DNA from: Synechococcus sp. PCC 7502
GTDB taxonomy: Bacteria; Cyanobacteriota; Cyanobacteriia; Pseudanabaenales; Pseudanabaenaceae
Direction of reading: 5' to 3'
NCBI RefSeq assembly: GCF_000317085.1
Contig: NC_019702.1
Span: 370,394-402,393 of the forward strand
Length of the DNA: 32,000 nt
The translations under genes were made by a program, and so were the position numbers. Of this stretch, positions 18,134 to 27,861 are shown piece after piece. A model generated the notes under the pieces. It searched no databases, had not been told where the DNA came from, and was given only the letters and a program-made list of their open reading frames with translations. How positions within the stretch are numbered: position 1 is the stretch's first letter; each line of letters opens with the position of its first letter.

Positions 18134-18865
18134 TTATTCCTCGTAGTAGTCATCTTGGTTTTCGGCTTGATCATCATCTTGATCTTCCACATCCTCAATA
18201 TCCACTATAGGCTGTCCCCGTGAAAGCATGTATCTGGTTAAATCACTAAATACATCTCGCCGCAAATAGGGATAGTCACTTACCCATAAATTAATTTGCG
18301 GTAAATAGGCATCGGTAGTGATCTTGCTCACACGCCTAAATTTGGGGTCATTGGAAAACAAAAGCATACACACTGATTGCTTCAGCTTAATGCGTTTATA
18401 TTCACGACGCATGGGAACTCTTAAGGTAGTTGTATAGCCCGTGCGATCGCCAATCTCTAAATTAAAAAAGCTTTGGGTATCATAGTTAACTGCTAACCGT
18501 CCTCTTTGATCAAAATCCTCCTGCCGTGATAACACTTCTTCAGACAGATAAATATCTAAAACCTGCGCCTGCCAGAACCCACATTGAGATAAACTCCGCA
18601 GTTTAGTATTTTTCCTAATTGCACTAATGACTGGACCCAGCATCCAATACAGACCGCCTAAGCCCGCACAGATAAACATTAATAGCCCAAAAAAATTATC
18701 AGGCGTGCGGTTATACAGCAGCGAAAAAGTTACTAGTAGTGCCACAGAGATTAAAATGCGCCTAAATACATCTTGGCTACTACCCCAGAAGTACTGATAT
18801 TGATCGGATGTTGGTACCGCAGGAATCAATTCATCAAATTTCTTGCGTTTTAGGGGAGTGATCAT
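18134..18865 (-). CDS. Conserved-looking hypothetical membrane protein with an acidic C-terminal tail
   Basis: Two hydrophobic helices (ILISVALLVTFSLL, FGLLMFICAGLGGLYWMLGPVI), a soluble domain, then the tail DIEDVEDQDDDQAENQDDYYEE. Contains a HIP1 site. No family recognised. Confidence 0.6.
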   Translation of the reverse strand: MITPLKRKKFDELIPAVPTSDQYQYFWGSSQDVFRRILISVALLVTFSLLYNRTPDNFFGLLMFICAGLGGLYWMLGPVISAIRKNTKLRSLSQCGFWQAQVLDIYLSEEVLSRQEDFDQRGRLAVNYDTQSFFNLEIGDRTGYTTTLRVPMRREYKRIKLKQSVCMLLFSNDPKFRRVSKITTDAYLPQINLWVSDYPYLRRDVFSDLTRYMLSRGQPIVDIEDVEDQDDDQAENQDDYYEE

Positions 18866-19070
18866 CTAGAGCTAAATTTTGACTACGAAAAAACCTGATG
18901 ACGGGATTTACACCTACAACCTACTGATATGGAAGTTCCCATTATGTTTGTTTATTATGACTTTAAATGATTCAAGCATTAGCATAAAAATTAACGATGG
19001 CGCAGCAAATAGGTTTAGAATATTTGTTTACTAAGGCGTTTGGGCTTTATTATCTAAACCTGTAAAAGTA

Positions 19071-19355
19071 ATGAGTAGTATTCAAAAACAATTAGAACAA
19101 TATACTCAAAGGCGATCGCAGGAGGTTTTATTAGTTACCCTTGATATTGATGGCACCACAGAAGAAGTAGTAGTTTTTAAGGGATTTTCTAGCTGTCTGA
19201 GCCGAGCTACAGCCTATGATCCAGATGTGCCAGTCATACCAGAGAATGCCCAAATCATTACTATCGATCGCCTCCAAGCTCCCTATAACCCTAGTCAACC
19301 AAATTACATTGAAAGGAGCTTAACTTCCTTAGAGTTTATCTTTGAAAAGCATTAA
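19071..19355 (+). CDS. Small hypothetical protein (94 aa)
   Basis: ATG-initiated ORF with non-repetitive composition and a HIP1 site inside. No domain recognised. Confidence 0.5.
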   Translation: MSSIQKQLEQYTQRRSQEVLLVTLDIDGTTEEVVVFKGFSSCLSRATAYDPDVPVIPENAQIITIDRLQAPYNPSQPNYIERSLTSLEFIFEKH

Positions 19356-20929
19356 AAACTAAACACAGTACGGAGGGTACCAATCGTAATTAGCCCGTTA
19401 TTACTGTTATTGTTGCCATTAATAATAAACTGCAAATCTGGGGTAATACTAATATTTTCGGAAAGGGGAAATTTATAGAATGCCTCAATATTAGTCTGAG
19501 TGCTATTACCTACGGTGCGTTCAATAAAAGGTTGTCCCACGGCGATCGCAGCTAGGGCTTTTTCTCTGAATAAATTAGGAAATGCTACCCCTGCTGACCA
19601 AGTATAAGGATTAATAGTGGAAATGCGATCGCTAATCCCGCCAAACCCAAACCGCCCAAATATTGCTACCGTAGGATTAATCAGCCATTCTAGGTTGACA
19701 CCACCAATATTAAAATCCAAATTACCAATCGCAGCACGGGTATATTGTAATCTTGCCGCAAATCCTGAATCCTTGGGCGCAAACTCCAGTTCCGCCGTTA
19801 GTTGATAGGGATCACCACCGATGCCCCCGTTGGTTAAAGCACTAGAAGCCGCAAACAGGTTATTACCAATGGGATTTTCTGTAATACCAGCCACTGGACT
19901 AGCTCCATTCCCCGCCACATAGCCAACCTTAATGTTAAAAGCGCCCCCGCTCGGATTCCACTCTATTACTCCACCTGCTCCAGTATTAAGAGGCAATATT
20001 AATGGATTATTAATAAATAGTCCCGATGAAAAATCATGAGCCTCATCATTGGCAAAACTATTTAAGTCAAGCTTATCGCTCAAATCAATTTGCGGACCGA
20101 TCGCTACTCTAATATCTTGAATCGGCGAAAAATCATAGCGTAAAATTCCCAGAGTTACGGTACTGCCAGACCCCGCATAGTCCACATCGCTATTGGCAAA
20201 AATACCATCAAGGAATGAACCAAGCCCAGAGCCACCATTGCCTGTTTCAAGGCGGGTTACTAATAGGTCTTCACCTGTAAATGTCGAATTTAACTCCAAT
20301 CTGACCCTAGCTATAGCTGTAGTATTGGCTGTTCCAGAGTTACCAGAAAGAGTGCCATTGGGAAGCAGAATATTAGCATTACCTGAACCGCCTCCTGAGA
20401 ACGCTAAAACCACTTGCCCTGTTAACTTTGTCGTTGTTGAAAATTGCTGAGCTTCTAGGGTTTCCGTTTTAGACTCTAAGCTATCAACTCTACCTTTAAG
20501 AGCAGTTAATTCTGTGGCAAATTCCGCTTGTAATTTTTGTAAAGTGGCAAGGTCTTCTTTCCCGACTTTGTCCGCTAAGCCCGTAGATATAATCTGATTA
20601 ATTTTATCTAAACACGCATTTAAACCTGCTGCAAATTCATACCGACTCAAGACACGATTACCCCTAAAGGTAGCATTGGGATAACCTGCAATACAGCCAT
20701 ACCTTTCCACCAGTGATTGTAAGGACGTAAATGCCCAATCCGTAGGTTGCACATCGGATAATTGCGACACAGAGGTAACTTGGGCAGTAATATTTTGACC
20801 TTTCCCCTCTTCGGCGTGCCTTAAAAATGGGGAGTTAATTACAGACTCTGGCTCTGCATAGGCAGCTTGAACTTTATAAATAGAGCCTAAAAGTCCCAAT
20901 ACCATTAGCGATCGCCATATATTTTTCAT
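19352..20929 (-). CDS. Outer-membrane porin with an N-terminal SLH domain and an OprB-type beta-barrel
   Basis: Signal peptide (…KVQAAYA). SLH block DVQPTDWAFTSLQSLVERYGCIAGYPNATFRGNRVLSRYEFAAGLNACLDKI, a coiled-coil linker, a Gly/Asn-rich barrel, and a C-terminal ...LRTVFSF. Confidence 0.88.
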   Translation of the reverse strand: MKNIWRSLMVLGLLGSIYKVQAAYAEPESVINSPFLRHAEEGKGQNITAQVTSVSQLSDVQPTDWAFTSLQSLVERYGCIAGYPNATFRGNRVLSRYEFAAGLNACLDKINQIISTGLADKVGKEDLATLQKLQAEFATELTALKGRVDSLESKTETLEAQQFSTTTKLTGQVVLAFSGGGSGNANILLPNGTLSGNSGTANTTAIARVRLELNSTFTGEDLLVTRLETGNGGSGLGSFLDGIFANSDVDYAGSGSTVTLGILRYDFSPIQDIRVAIGPQIDLSDKLDLNSFANDEAHDFSSGLFINNPLILPLNTGAGGVIEWNPSGGAFNIKVGYVAGNGASPVAGITENPIGNNLFAASSALTNGGIGGDPYQLTAELEFAPKDSGFAARLQYTRAAIGNLDFNIGGVNLEWLINPTVAIFGRFGFGGISDRISTINPYTWSAGVAFPNLFREKALAAIAVGQPFIERTVGNSTQTNIEAFYKFPLSENISITPDLQFIINGNNNSNNGLITIGTLRTVFSF

Positions 20930-21154
20930 ATTTTTTTAATCCCTGCTCACAGTTAAATTTTTTACATAGTACCAGTAATTTAGAAAATATTAATCATTCT
21001 TATTCTTAATAAGGTTTTAACTAAAATCAGGATTGGTCTAAAAATTATTAAAAAACAAGTCCCTAAATCAGTCCAAAAAGGACTATTGCCAATCTGTAAA
21101 TCAGGTATATTGGGTCTATGTACGAGCCTTAGCTGAGATCAAGCAATTAACACT

Positions 21155-22792
21155 ATGAGAATAAAGGATTCAAACATCTTGATTTTGTCTAGAATGGGTC
21201 GAATATTACTCTTAGTCTTTACTCTCACTCTTGTTAATATCAGTACTAGCTCTCAAATTAATACTGCTAATACAAATTACTCTCAAGAACAATTAGCTGA
21301 ACTCAGAAAAATAGCACCTAACTTTAACCTTGCCCTCAATAAGTCTCAAACATGGACAGAGTTAGCAGAGAACTGGTTAGAATCTGGCTCACCTTTGAAG
21401 TATTTCCAAGTTACAAGTAGTCAAGATATTAAGGCTCTAGCTGTAAAATTTCAGGAAGTTGCCAAAAGTTCAAAGCTTACCTTACCCGCCATTAAGTCTG
21501 CGCCCGAAAATCAGGTTAAGTTCTTGACAGCCCTCGCCCCAAAGCTAAAAGGGGATCGTCGGTTTACCAAGATGTATGAAGCGATCGCCTCTATTCAATT
21601 AAAACCTCAATTAAACCCAAATACTTCTAAGCCAACTAATTACAGTCTTGGTATTTTTATATTTCTCTGCATATTTGCTCCCCTTAGTTATATAGGCTTT
21701 ATGAAGCGCAGTTATATTCTTAATAAAATTAAGACCTTACAAGGTTCTAGTCAGAATTTATCTATGCAACTTGATTCTTCCCTTCTGTCGGACTCTTTAG
21801 CCACACCCAAATGGTTGCAAGAATGGGAAATAGAAAATATAGAAAACTTTGATTCTGGATTTCACCCTGAGGCACGCATCCCCACAGTTCTTGATCGCGA
21901 AATTCCCGAAGATGTCCAAACTCTTGCCCTAGAAGCAGCAAATAGGGTTTTATATGCTCTCCAAGTCTCTGATCAGCACTCGATTTTCCTATGCGATGTG
22001 GTCAATCAATATGTGCCGAAGGTTTCCCAAAATATTACCTATTTTTATTACGACCTCTTCTGTCAGCTTAATGAAAAAATTGAAGTATATGATGGGCAAA
22101 AACAAATCAAAAAAAAGCTAGTAGGTGTGGGATTAAGTAGCTCACTTTTAAAAATAGAGTTTGTGGAGTTTGACTCGGATTCCTCTAAATTTAATCCTTC
22201 AACCATTGAGTTAAATCTCAGTTCATTTAATTTAAGTCTTGAAACTCAACTATTACAAATTTCCAGTTGGCTGATTTTCTTAAGTCAGGAATTAGCGAAT
22301 TTTACAACTAGTAAGGTAACTCCTCTTATAAACTCCAAAACAGTTAATAAAACTGATTCTAAAAATAATAAAAGCGATCGCAAGTTGCGTCAAAAAATTA
22401 TAAACTTGCAAACCCTATTACAAAAAATAGCCACTTCTAGTTCTATAGAATCTAAAATCGAAAAAACCCAAGAGTTTTATAGAGCCAATACCCTTCATAC
22501 ATCCACCGATGAGCTAATTCAAGACCTAATTCAAAAATCCCGTGAAATTGCTGCTATAAACTGCAAAAACTGGCACTCTCAAAATCCCAATCAATCTAGT
22601 GCAGCCCGACAACCCTATGAATATTTAAATTTGGATGCCAATAGTTTTGATGCCTTTAAGTATGAAATGCTGAAATCTAAAAATATCAAGCTGTCCCTAG
22701 AAAATGCCCAAAGTACATTGATTGGCTACAAAGAGTTTTTTGCTCCCGCAGCTTTTTACCAAGTCTTAATGAAGACTAAATTTGATAGCTAG
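21155..22792 (+). CDS. Hypothetical 545-aa protein with an N-terminal signal/anchor and one internal TM helix; no recognisable domain
   Basis: Long uninterrupted ORF with two internal HIP1 sites. Hydrophobic segments ILLLVFTLTLVNI and LGIFIFLCIFAPLSYIGF. The remainder is Ser/Asn/Lys/Gln-rich. Confidence 0.55.
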   Translation: MRIKDSNILILSRMGRILLLVFTLTLVNISTSSQINTANTNYSQEQLAELRKIAPNFNLALNKSQTWTELAENWLESGSPLKYFQVTSSQDIKALAVKFQEVAKSSKLTLPAIKSAPENQVKFLTALAPKLKGDRRFTKMYEAIASIQLKPQLNPNTSKPTNYSLGIFIFLCIFAPLSYIGFMKRSYILNKIKTLQGSSQNLSMQLDSSLLSDSLATPKWLQEWEIENIENFDSGFHPEARIPTVLDREIPEDVQTLALEAANRVLYALQVSDQHSIFLCDVVNQYVPKVSQNITYFYYDLFCQLNEKIEVYDGQKQIKKKLVGVGLSSSLLKIEFVEFDSDSSKFNPSTIELNLSSFNLSLETQLLQISSWLIFLSQELANFTTSKVTPLINSKTVNKTDSKNNKSDRKLRQKIINLQTLLQKIATSSSIESKIEKTQEFYRANTLHTSTDELIQDLIQKSREIAAINCKNWHSQNPNQSSAARQPYEYLNLDANSFDAFKYEMLKSKNIKLSLENAQSTLIGYKEFFAPAAFYQVLMKTKFDS

Positions 22793-23081
22793 GATGGTGT
22801 CAACCTAAAACTCCCCCTTCTAAATCTTAAAGTTCTTAAAACTCTTAAAACTTAAGAAAGGAGAATCTAGCCCTGAGCTATTTGCAAAAAATAATTTTAG
22901 CTTTTCTTTAACAGTGTATTTACACCATCCAGATCAGACTACGGGAGCAAAAACTATAACTAATCAGGAATATTAACGAGCCAAGAAAGCTCAACAGTTA
23001 CGAGATTCCCTGACTGCTCTAGGTATTAATGGGTAATCCTTATTTTTTAGATTTGGACTTCAAGAGCGATCGCAAATAAAA

Positions 23082-23408
23082 CTACAAATCTTCTTTTGAA
23101 TTATCTAATACTAACGATTTCCAGAGTCCAAATGCAATCTTAAACTGCCAGATAGCTACACCAAGAGATATCGGAATCGCAATAAGTATACCAAAAGCGA
23201 GAGAATCTGGATTTCTGTGCCTATAACTCACTTGTGCAAGTGCAATGATATTTTTTAGGTAGTTGTAGCAATGATTTCCAGTACAAGTATATAAATAAAA
23301 TGTTATCCAGATAGCATAGCTAAATACCCCGAGAAATTCGATCCCATTCAAAATAAAGCTAAAACTTGGATGCTTTGTAAAGCTGTGTATTTTTGATAAA
23401 AACTTCAT
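23082..23408 (-). CDS. Hypothetical small membrane protein (108 aa)
   Basis: Three hydrophobic segments. Lies 27 nt downstream of the protease gene on the same strand. No family recognised. Confidence 0.4.
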   Translation of the reverse strand: MKFLSKIHSFTKHPSFSFILNGIEFLGVFSYAIWITFYLYTCTGNHCYNYLKNIIALAQVSYRHRNPDSLAFGILIAIPISLGVAIWQFKIAFGLWKSLVLDNSKEDL

Positions 23409-23435
23409 TCTAGGAACTGTTTCTCTTACCTATTC

Positions 23436-24836
23436 CTAGTTTAAGCTGCGAACAATTAAGGTATAGCTGCCTCGTCCAGACTTATCCGAAGCATTAGCAA
23501 TAACTCTATAGGTACCTGTGGAGGTCAGTTGCACAGTAATTGCAGAATTTTGCTCAGAACGGTCATTCTCTTTGATGATTTGGAGATCGGGAGAAACTAA
23601 AGCCACATAGGGTCTAAAATCCAAACTGCTTAATTCAACTTGAATTCTCTGTCCTGCTCTGCCCATAAAGCTAAAGGTTTCATAGAGGCTGCCATCACGG
23701 GGAAGTACGTTACTGTTTAATCCTAAAGTTCCCCTGAGTTGCAAAATCACCCCCGCATTGTTCTGGGGATTATTGCTAATGGTTGAGGCACCTAGTTTAG
23801 CACTTAGGGTAAATCGCCCATAATCTCCCGGATCGGAGGAGTTCGCAAACAGGGTATAGGTTCCTGATACAGGTAAAACTACTCTAATTCTGGCTGTACC
23901 TTCGTTATCATCAACGGCAATTCTTCTACCCCTTGGGTCTACTAATGCTAGATAAGGATTTAGATCACGACTAGTCATCTCTACACTGAGTTTTTGTCCT
24001 GCTCTACCGCTAAATCGAAAAGTTTTGTAGGCACTACCATCAGAGGCTCTAGGATCATTGGGGGTTAAAACAAAGGTCTTCAGGTTTCCATCTAAATTAA
24101 AAAGATTATTACCCCGTTCTTGTCCGTTGGGATTTCCATTGGGATTATTGAAAGCTACATTTTCATTAACTTGTCCCCGTGGGGCAGTACTAACAAATTG
24201 CCTAACTGTATTAGCATTGATCGCAAAGCCCAAGCCCACATTTCCTTCGCCGGGTGTGAAGATCAGAGTATTGACCCCAATTAATTCACCACGACTGTTT
24301 AGCAAAGGTCCACCTGAGTTACCCGGATTAATGGCAGCATCGGTTTGGAGTAGTTGGCGATCGCTATCAATTCGACTGATAATGCCCATAGTTAAGGTTC
24401 CCGCAAATTGCCCAAAGGGATCACCAATTGCAAAGGCACGTTGACCGACCTTAACAGGACTAGAAGAAGCAATATTAAGTTTAGGTAAGTTGGGAGGTAC
24501 ATTTTGAAGTTGGATCAGGGCAAGGTCTGGATTACGGCTTCTAGATATAACTCTACCTTGAAGTTTTTGCTTATTGGCAAGGGTGACAACCACAGCATCA
24601 GAATTTCTAACCACATGACCATTGGTTAACACGATGCCCTTAGAGTCGATAATACTCCCGCTTCCTGTGGCACCACCTGCCCGAATCGAAACCACGGCTG
24701 GACTAGCAATTTGATAAACCCGAACCGTAATGTCTTCATCGTTGGTAGTTGTCTGAGCATAGGTTGCTGGAGTTATCCCCACTGCTCCTGTGATGATTAA
24801 ACTAGAAGCCAATAAGCTTACTAATCCTCTAGTCAT
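23436..24836 (-). CDS. Secreted trypsin-like (S1C, HtrA/DegP-type) serine protease with two C-terminal PPC-like beta-domains
   Basis: Signal peptide MTRGLVSLLASSLIITGAVG...YAQ. Triad contexts are LTNGHVV, NPDLALIQ and INPGNSGGPLL. The C-terminal half is an internal duplication. The track start is TTG at 24851; ATG at 24836 is preferred. Confidence 0.85.
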   Translation of the reverse strand: MTRGLVSLLASSLIITGAVGITPATYAQTTTNDEDITVRVYQIASPAVVSIRAGGATGSGSIIDSKGIVLTNGHVVRNSDAVVVTLANKQKLQGRVISRSRNPDLALIQLQNVPPNLPKLNIASSSPVKVGQRAFAIGDPFGQFAGTLTMGIISRIDSDRQLLQTDAAINPGNSGGPLLNSRGELIGVNTLIFTPGEGNVGLGFAINANTVRQFVSTAPRGQVNENVAFNNPNGNPNGQERGNNLFNLDGNLKTFVLTPNDPRASDGSAYKTFRFSGRAGQKLSVEMTSRDLNPYLALVDPRGRRIAVDDNEGTARIRVVLPVSGTYTLFANSSDPGDYGRFTLSAKLGASTISNNPQNNAGVILQLRGTLGLNSNVLPRDGSLYETFSFMGRAGQRIQVELSSLDFRPYVALVSPDLQIIKENDRSEQNSAITVQLTSTGTYRVIANASDKSGRGSYTLIVRSLN

Positions 24837-25023
24837 ATCCCTGTCTCCCAATTGGTGATTATGTAATTAGCTTTGACATTTGCTTTGTATGTAGACTATT
24901 GATGATTACAAATAGTTCTTTACAGTGATTATTTACTGGTTAATTCAAATGTGAATTCCCGTAATTAAAACAAAAATAAGATTGACATACTGTTAAAGTC
25001 ATTACTAGATACTTAAATTATAA

Positions 25024-26346
25024 ATGATTCAATTAGACACCACTACCAGCAACCATCTACTTACCATCGATCGCAAATTAGATTCAGGGTTACATGGTGA
25101 AATTTCTATTCCAGGTGATAAATCTATTTCCCATCGAGCTTTGATGTTAGGAGCTTTGGCATCTGGAACAACTACTATTCGGGGCTTACTCCTCGGTGAA
25201 GACCCCCGCAGTACAGCCAAATGTTTTCAGGCGATGGGTGCGGAAATTTCCGAACTTAATTCCGACCTAGTTACAGTCCAGGGTATTGGCTTGGGTAATT
25301 TACAGGAACCCCTTGATATTCTGGATGCGGGTAATTCGGGGACAACCTTACGTCTGATGTTGGGGGTATTGGCTAGTCATGAGCAGCGTTTTTTTGCCGT
25401 AACTGGGGATAAATCCTTGCGATCGCGACCTATGCTCAGAGTAGTTAAACCTTTACGGGAAATGGGCGCAGAAATTTGGGGACGGGAACAGGGCGGTAAA
25501 GCTCCTTTGGCAATTTCAGGCAGAAATCTCCAACCCATTCATTATCAGTCCCCGATCGCCTCTGCCCAGGTTAAGTCCTGTATTTTATTAGCAGGTTTAA
25601 TGATTGATGGCGAAACCATAGTTGCGGAACCAGAACGGTCTAGGGATCATAGTGAACGAATGTTGTCGGCGTTTGGTGCCAAGATCAAAGTGGATGGGAA
25701 TACTGTATATTTGCAGGGGCGATCGCAATTACAGGGACAGGAAGTGACAGTACCAGGGGATATTAGTTCGGCTGCCTATTGGTTAGTCGCGGGGGCGATC
25801 GTGCCAGATTCGGATTTGCTAATTTTAAATGTAGGGATAAACCCAACCCGCACAGGCATTTTAGAGGTTCTCTTAGAAATGGGTGCAGATATTACCCTTG
25901 AAAATCCTAGAGAAGTAACTGGCGAACCTGTGGCAGACTTGCGTGTGCGTTCTAGTCAGCTTAAAGCCTGTGCCATTGGTGGGGCGATCATTCCCCGACT
26001 GATTGATGAAATTCCAATTTTGGCAGTGGCAGCTTCCTTAGCAGAGGGAACTACAGTAATTAGGGATGCAGCAGAACTGAGAGTAAAAGAAAGCGATCGC
26101 ATTACCGTTACCGCTAAATGTCTAAATCAAATGGGTGCAAATATTACAGAGTTGCCTGACGGAATGGAAATTAGGGGTGGCTGTAGTTTAAGTGGGGCTG
26201 AGGTTGATAGTTGTGATGATCATCGCATTGCTATGAGTATGGCAATCGCCGCTTTAGTCGCTAAGGGTAAAACTATAATTAGTCATGCCGAATGTGCCGC
26301 AATTTCCTATCCATCGTTTATTCCGACCTTGCAAAAACTATTTTAG
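25024..26346 (+). CDS. aroA: 3-phosphoshikimate 1-carboxyvinyltransferase (EPSP synthase)
   Basis: [64 protein letters not shown]. Confidence 0.95.
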   Translation: MIQLDTTTSNHLLTIDRKLDSGLHGEISIPGDKSISHRALMLGALASGTTTIRGLLLGEDPRSTAKCFQAMGAEISELNSDLVTVQGIGLGNLQEPLDILDAGNSGTTLRLMLGVLASHEQRFFAVTGDKSLRSRPMLRVVKPLREMGAEIWGREQGGKAPLAISGRNLQPIHYQSPIASAQVKSCILLAGLMIDGETIVAEPERSRDHSERMLSAFGAKIKVDGNTVYLQGRSQLQGQEVTVPGDISSAAYWLVAGAIVPDSDLLILNVGINPTRTGILEVLLEMGADITLENPREVTGEPVADLRVRSSQLKACAIGGAIIPRLIDEIPILAVAASLAEGTTVIRDAAELRVKESDRITVTAKCLNQMGANITELPDGMEIRGGCSLSGAEVDSCDDHRIAMSMAIAALVAKGKTIISHAECAAISYPSFIPTLQKLF

Positions 26347-26350
26347 CTTT

Positions 26351-27163
26351 CTATAAAGATACTTCCCCTTGCATGACCATTTCCCCCTTAGGCTCTGGTG
26401 GGGATTGCTTGGGTTCTAGGGTAATTACTACGGATTTAGCTCCCATCAAGATTTGATTAATGGGAACTCGCAGCATCACAGTACCAGTTTGGTCAGGCAT
26501 AAATTCAGCTATGTAAGTTTTTTTGCCATCCACCAATGCCCAGAGACAATAACTCATATTACTAGGCGGCATGGATAGTTTTTGAATAGTAAGAATACCT
26601 GAGTTGGCTTGGGTGGCAATTACTAGACTACCAGAGGCGGCGGGAACTTCACCCATACCTTTTAAGGCTAATAGTCGATTGTTAGGTTGCTTAAGGACGG
26701 CGATCGCCTGTTGATAACTAGATAATTCCCCTTGGGCGATCGCTAACTGTTGCCTTGTGTGATAGCTATCAAAGCCAAGCCCAACCAATAAAGCAGCCAT
26801 GATTCCACCAATAAGGTAGGTTTTATTAGAAATTCTATGGAAAAAAGGCTTAGATATTTTGATCGGAGATTGGATATAGGAATTAGATTCACTAGCTAGA
26901 TCGGCATCTAATAGTTCGGCATTTAGAAGAATTTGCGATCGCAGGTGTTCAGATGGATAGTCTTCAGGTAATGCCAAGGGCAGCAATGATAAAACCTCTT
27001 GTAATTGATCTACTTCTGCAACTAGTTCGGGATGTAATGCTAATAGTTTATGAACTTCTGCCACTTCTTCGGTGGTTAAATCGCCTAAGACATAACCTGC
27101 TATTAGTTTTTCCCATTCCTGAAAGTTTAGATCGGGGTTTTGATCAAAATTTTGATAGCTCAT
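26351..27163 (-). CDS. Membrane-spanning anti-sigma factor (RskA-like C-terminal domain)
   Basis: Lies directly downstream of the ECF sigma gene. N-terminal anti-sigma helix region (LIAGYVLGDLTTEEVAEVHKLLALHPEL), a single TM helix (YLIGGIMAALLVGLGF), and an extracytoplasmic RskA-like end (YCLWALVDGK...VVITLEPK). Confidence 0.75.
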   Translation of the reverse strand: MSYQNFDQNPDLNFQEWEKLIAGYVLGDLTTEEVAEVHKLLALHPELVAEVDQLQEVLSLLPLALPEDYPSEHLRSQILLNAELLDADLASESNSYIQSPIKISKPFFHRISNKTYLIGGIMAALLVGLGFDSYHTRQQLAIAQGELSSYQQAIAVLKQPNNRLLALKGMGEVPAASGSLVIATQANSGILTIQKLSMPPSNMSYCLWALVDGKKTYIAEFMPDQTGTVMLRVPINQILMGAKSVVITLEPKQSPPEPKGEMVMQGEVSL

Positions 27164-27196
27164 TGCTGTTGTACCATGCTCGTGAAAACTTTATAT

Positions 27197-27751
27197 TTAA
27201 GGCTTTTCCTTTAAGACTTTTCTGAGGGAAATTAGTCCCTGCCTAGCCCAAGACTTGATCGTACCGAGGGGAATGCCTAAATCCTGAGCAATTTCTGATT
27301 GACTGCGACCTTCGTAGTATGCCATTTCTAAAACCTGTCGATGTCTTTCGGGTAAGTTTTGGAGAGCGGCTCTTACCTGATCTGAAATTTCATGCTTAGA
27401 GACTTTTTCCATAGGATGATCGGGAACTATATGAGCTATAGCCTGTTGCCATTTTTGTAAAGAAGAAGATTGCGATCGCAGCTTACGAATCCGATCAATT
27501 GCCCGAGACCGAGTCATGACCATCAAAAAGGCTTGCATTGATCCACGGGTCGGATCGTAGGCTGTTGTTCGACTGAGGTTGATAAATATATCTTGGCTTA
27601 AGTCCTCAGCATCATGCTTATTACCTAAAATCTTCAAAGCTAGTCGATACACTAAAACACCATAGCGATCATACAAAGTTCCTAAAGCTTCACGATTTCC
27701 CGATCGCAGTGCCAGAAACAATTCCGTATCAGTTTGAGTAGAAATAGGCAT
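27197..27751 (-). CDS. ECF-type RNA polymerase sigma-70 family factor
   Basis: Region 2 (LVYRLALKILGNKHDAEDLSQDIFINL) and region 4 HTH (RQVLEMAYYEGRSQSEIAQDLGIPLGTIKSWARQGL). The track start is TTG at 27763; ATG at 27751 is preferred. Confidence 0.9.
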   Translation of the reverse strand: MPISTQTDTELFLALRSGNREALGTLYDRYGVLVYRLALKILGNKHDAEDLSQDIFINLSRTTAYDPTRGSMQAFLMVMTRSRAIDRIRKLRSQSSSLQKWQQAIAHIVPDHPMEKVSKHEISDQVRAALQNLPERHRQVLEMAYYEGRSQSEIAQDLGIPLGTIKSWARQGLISLRKVLKEKP

Positions 27752-27861
27752 ATATTGACTCAAAATAGCTGGGTGGTGGAGGTAAGCTAAGTTAAATTCA
27801 AATCTTTGATTGTACTTAGTCTCTCCTTAATAGATTAAAGCTAATTGTAGTTTCTAGTGCC

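Noticed and set aside
18866-19070. Possible tRNA or small RNA gene in the 205-bp divergent intergenic region
   Set aside because: I could find no cloverleaf-compatible arms and no T-loop GTTCRANYC-like box on either strand. The region is more simply two divergent promoters.
24982-25011. TTGACA (24982-24987) upstream of aroA as a sigma-70 -35 box
   Set aside because: At 17-18 nt spacing the -10 candidates (CTAGAT or TAGATA) match TATAAT poorly and lack the invariant final T. This is not enough to call a promoter.
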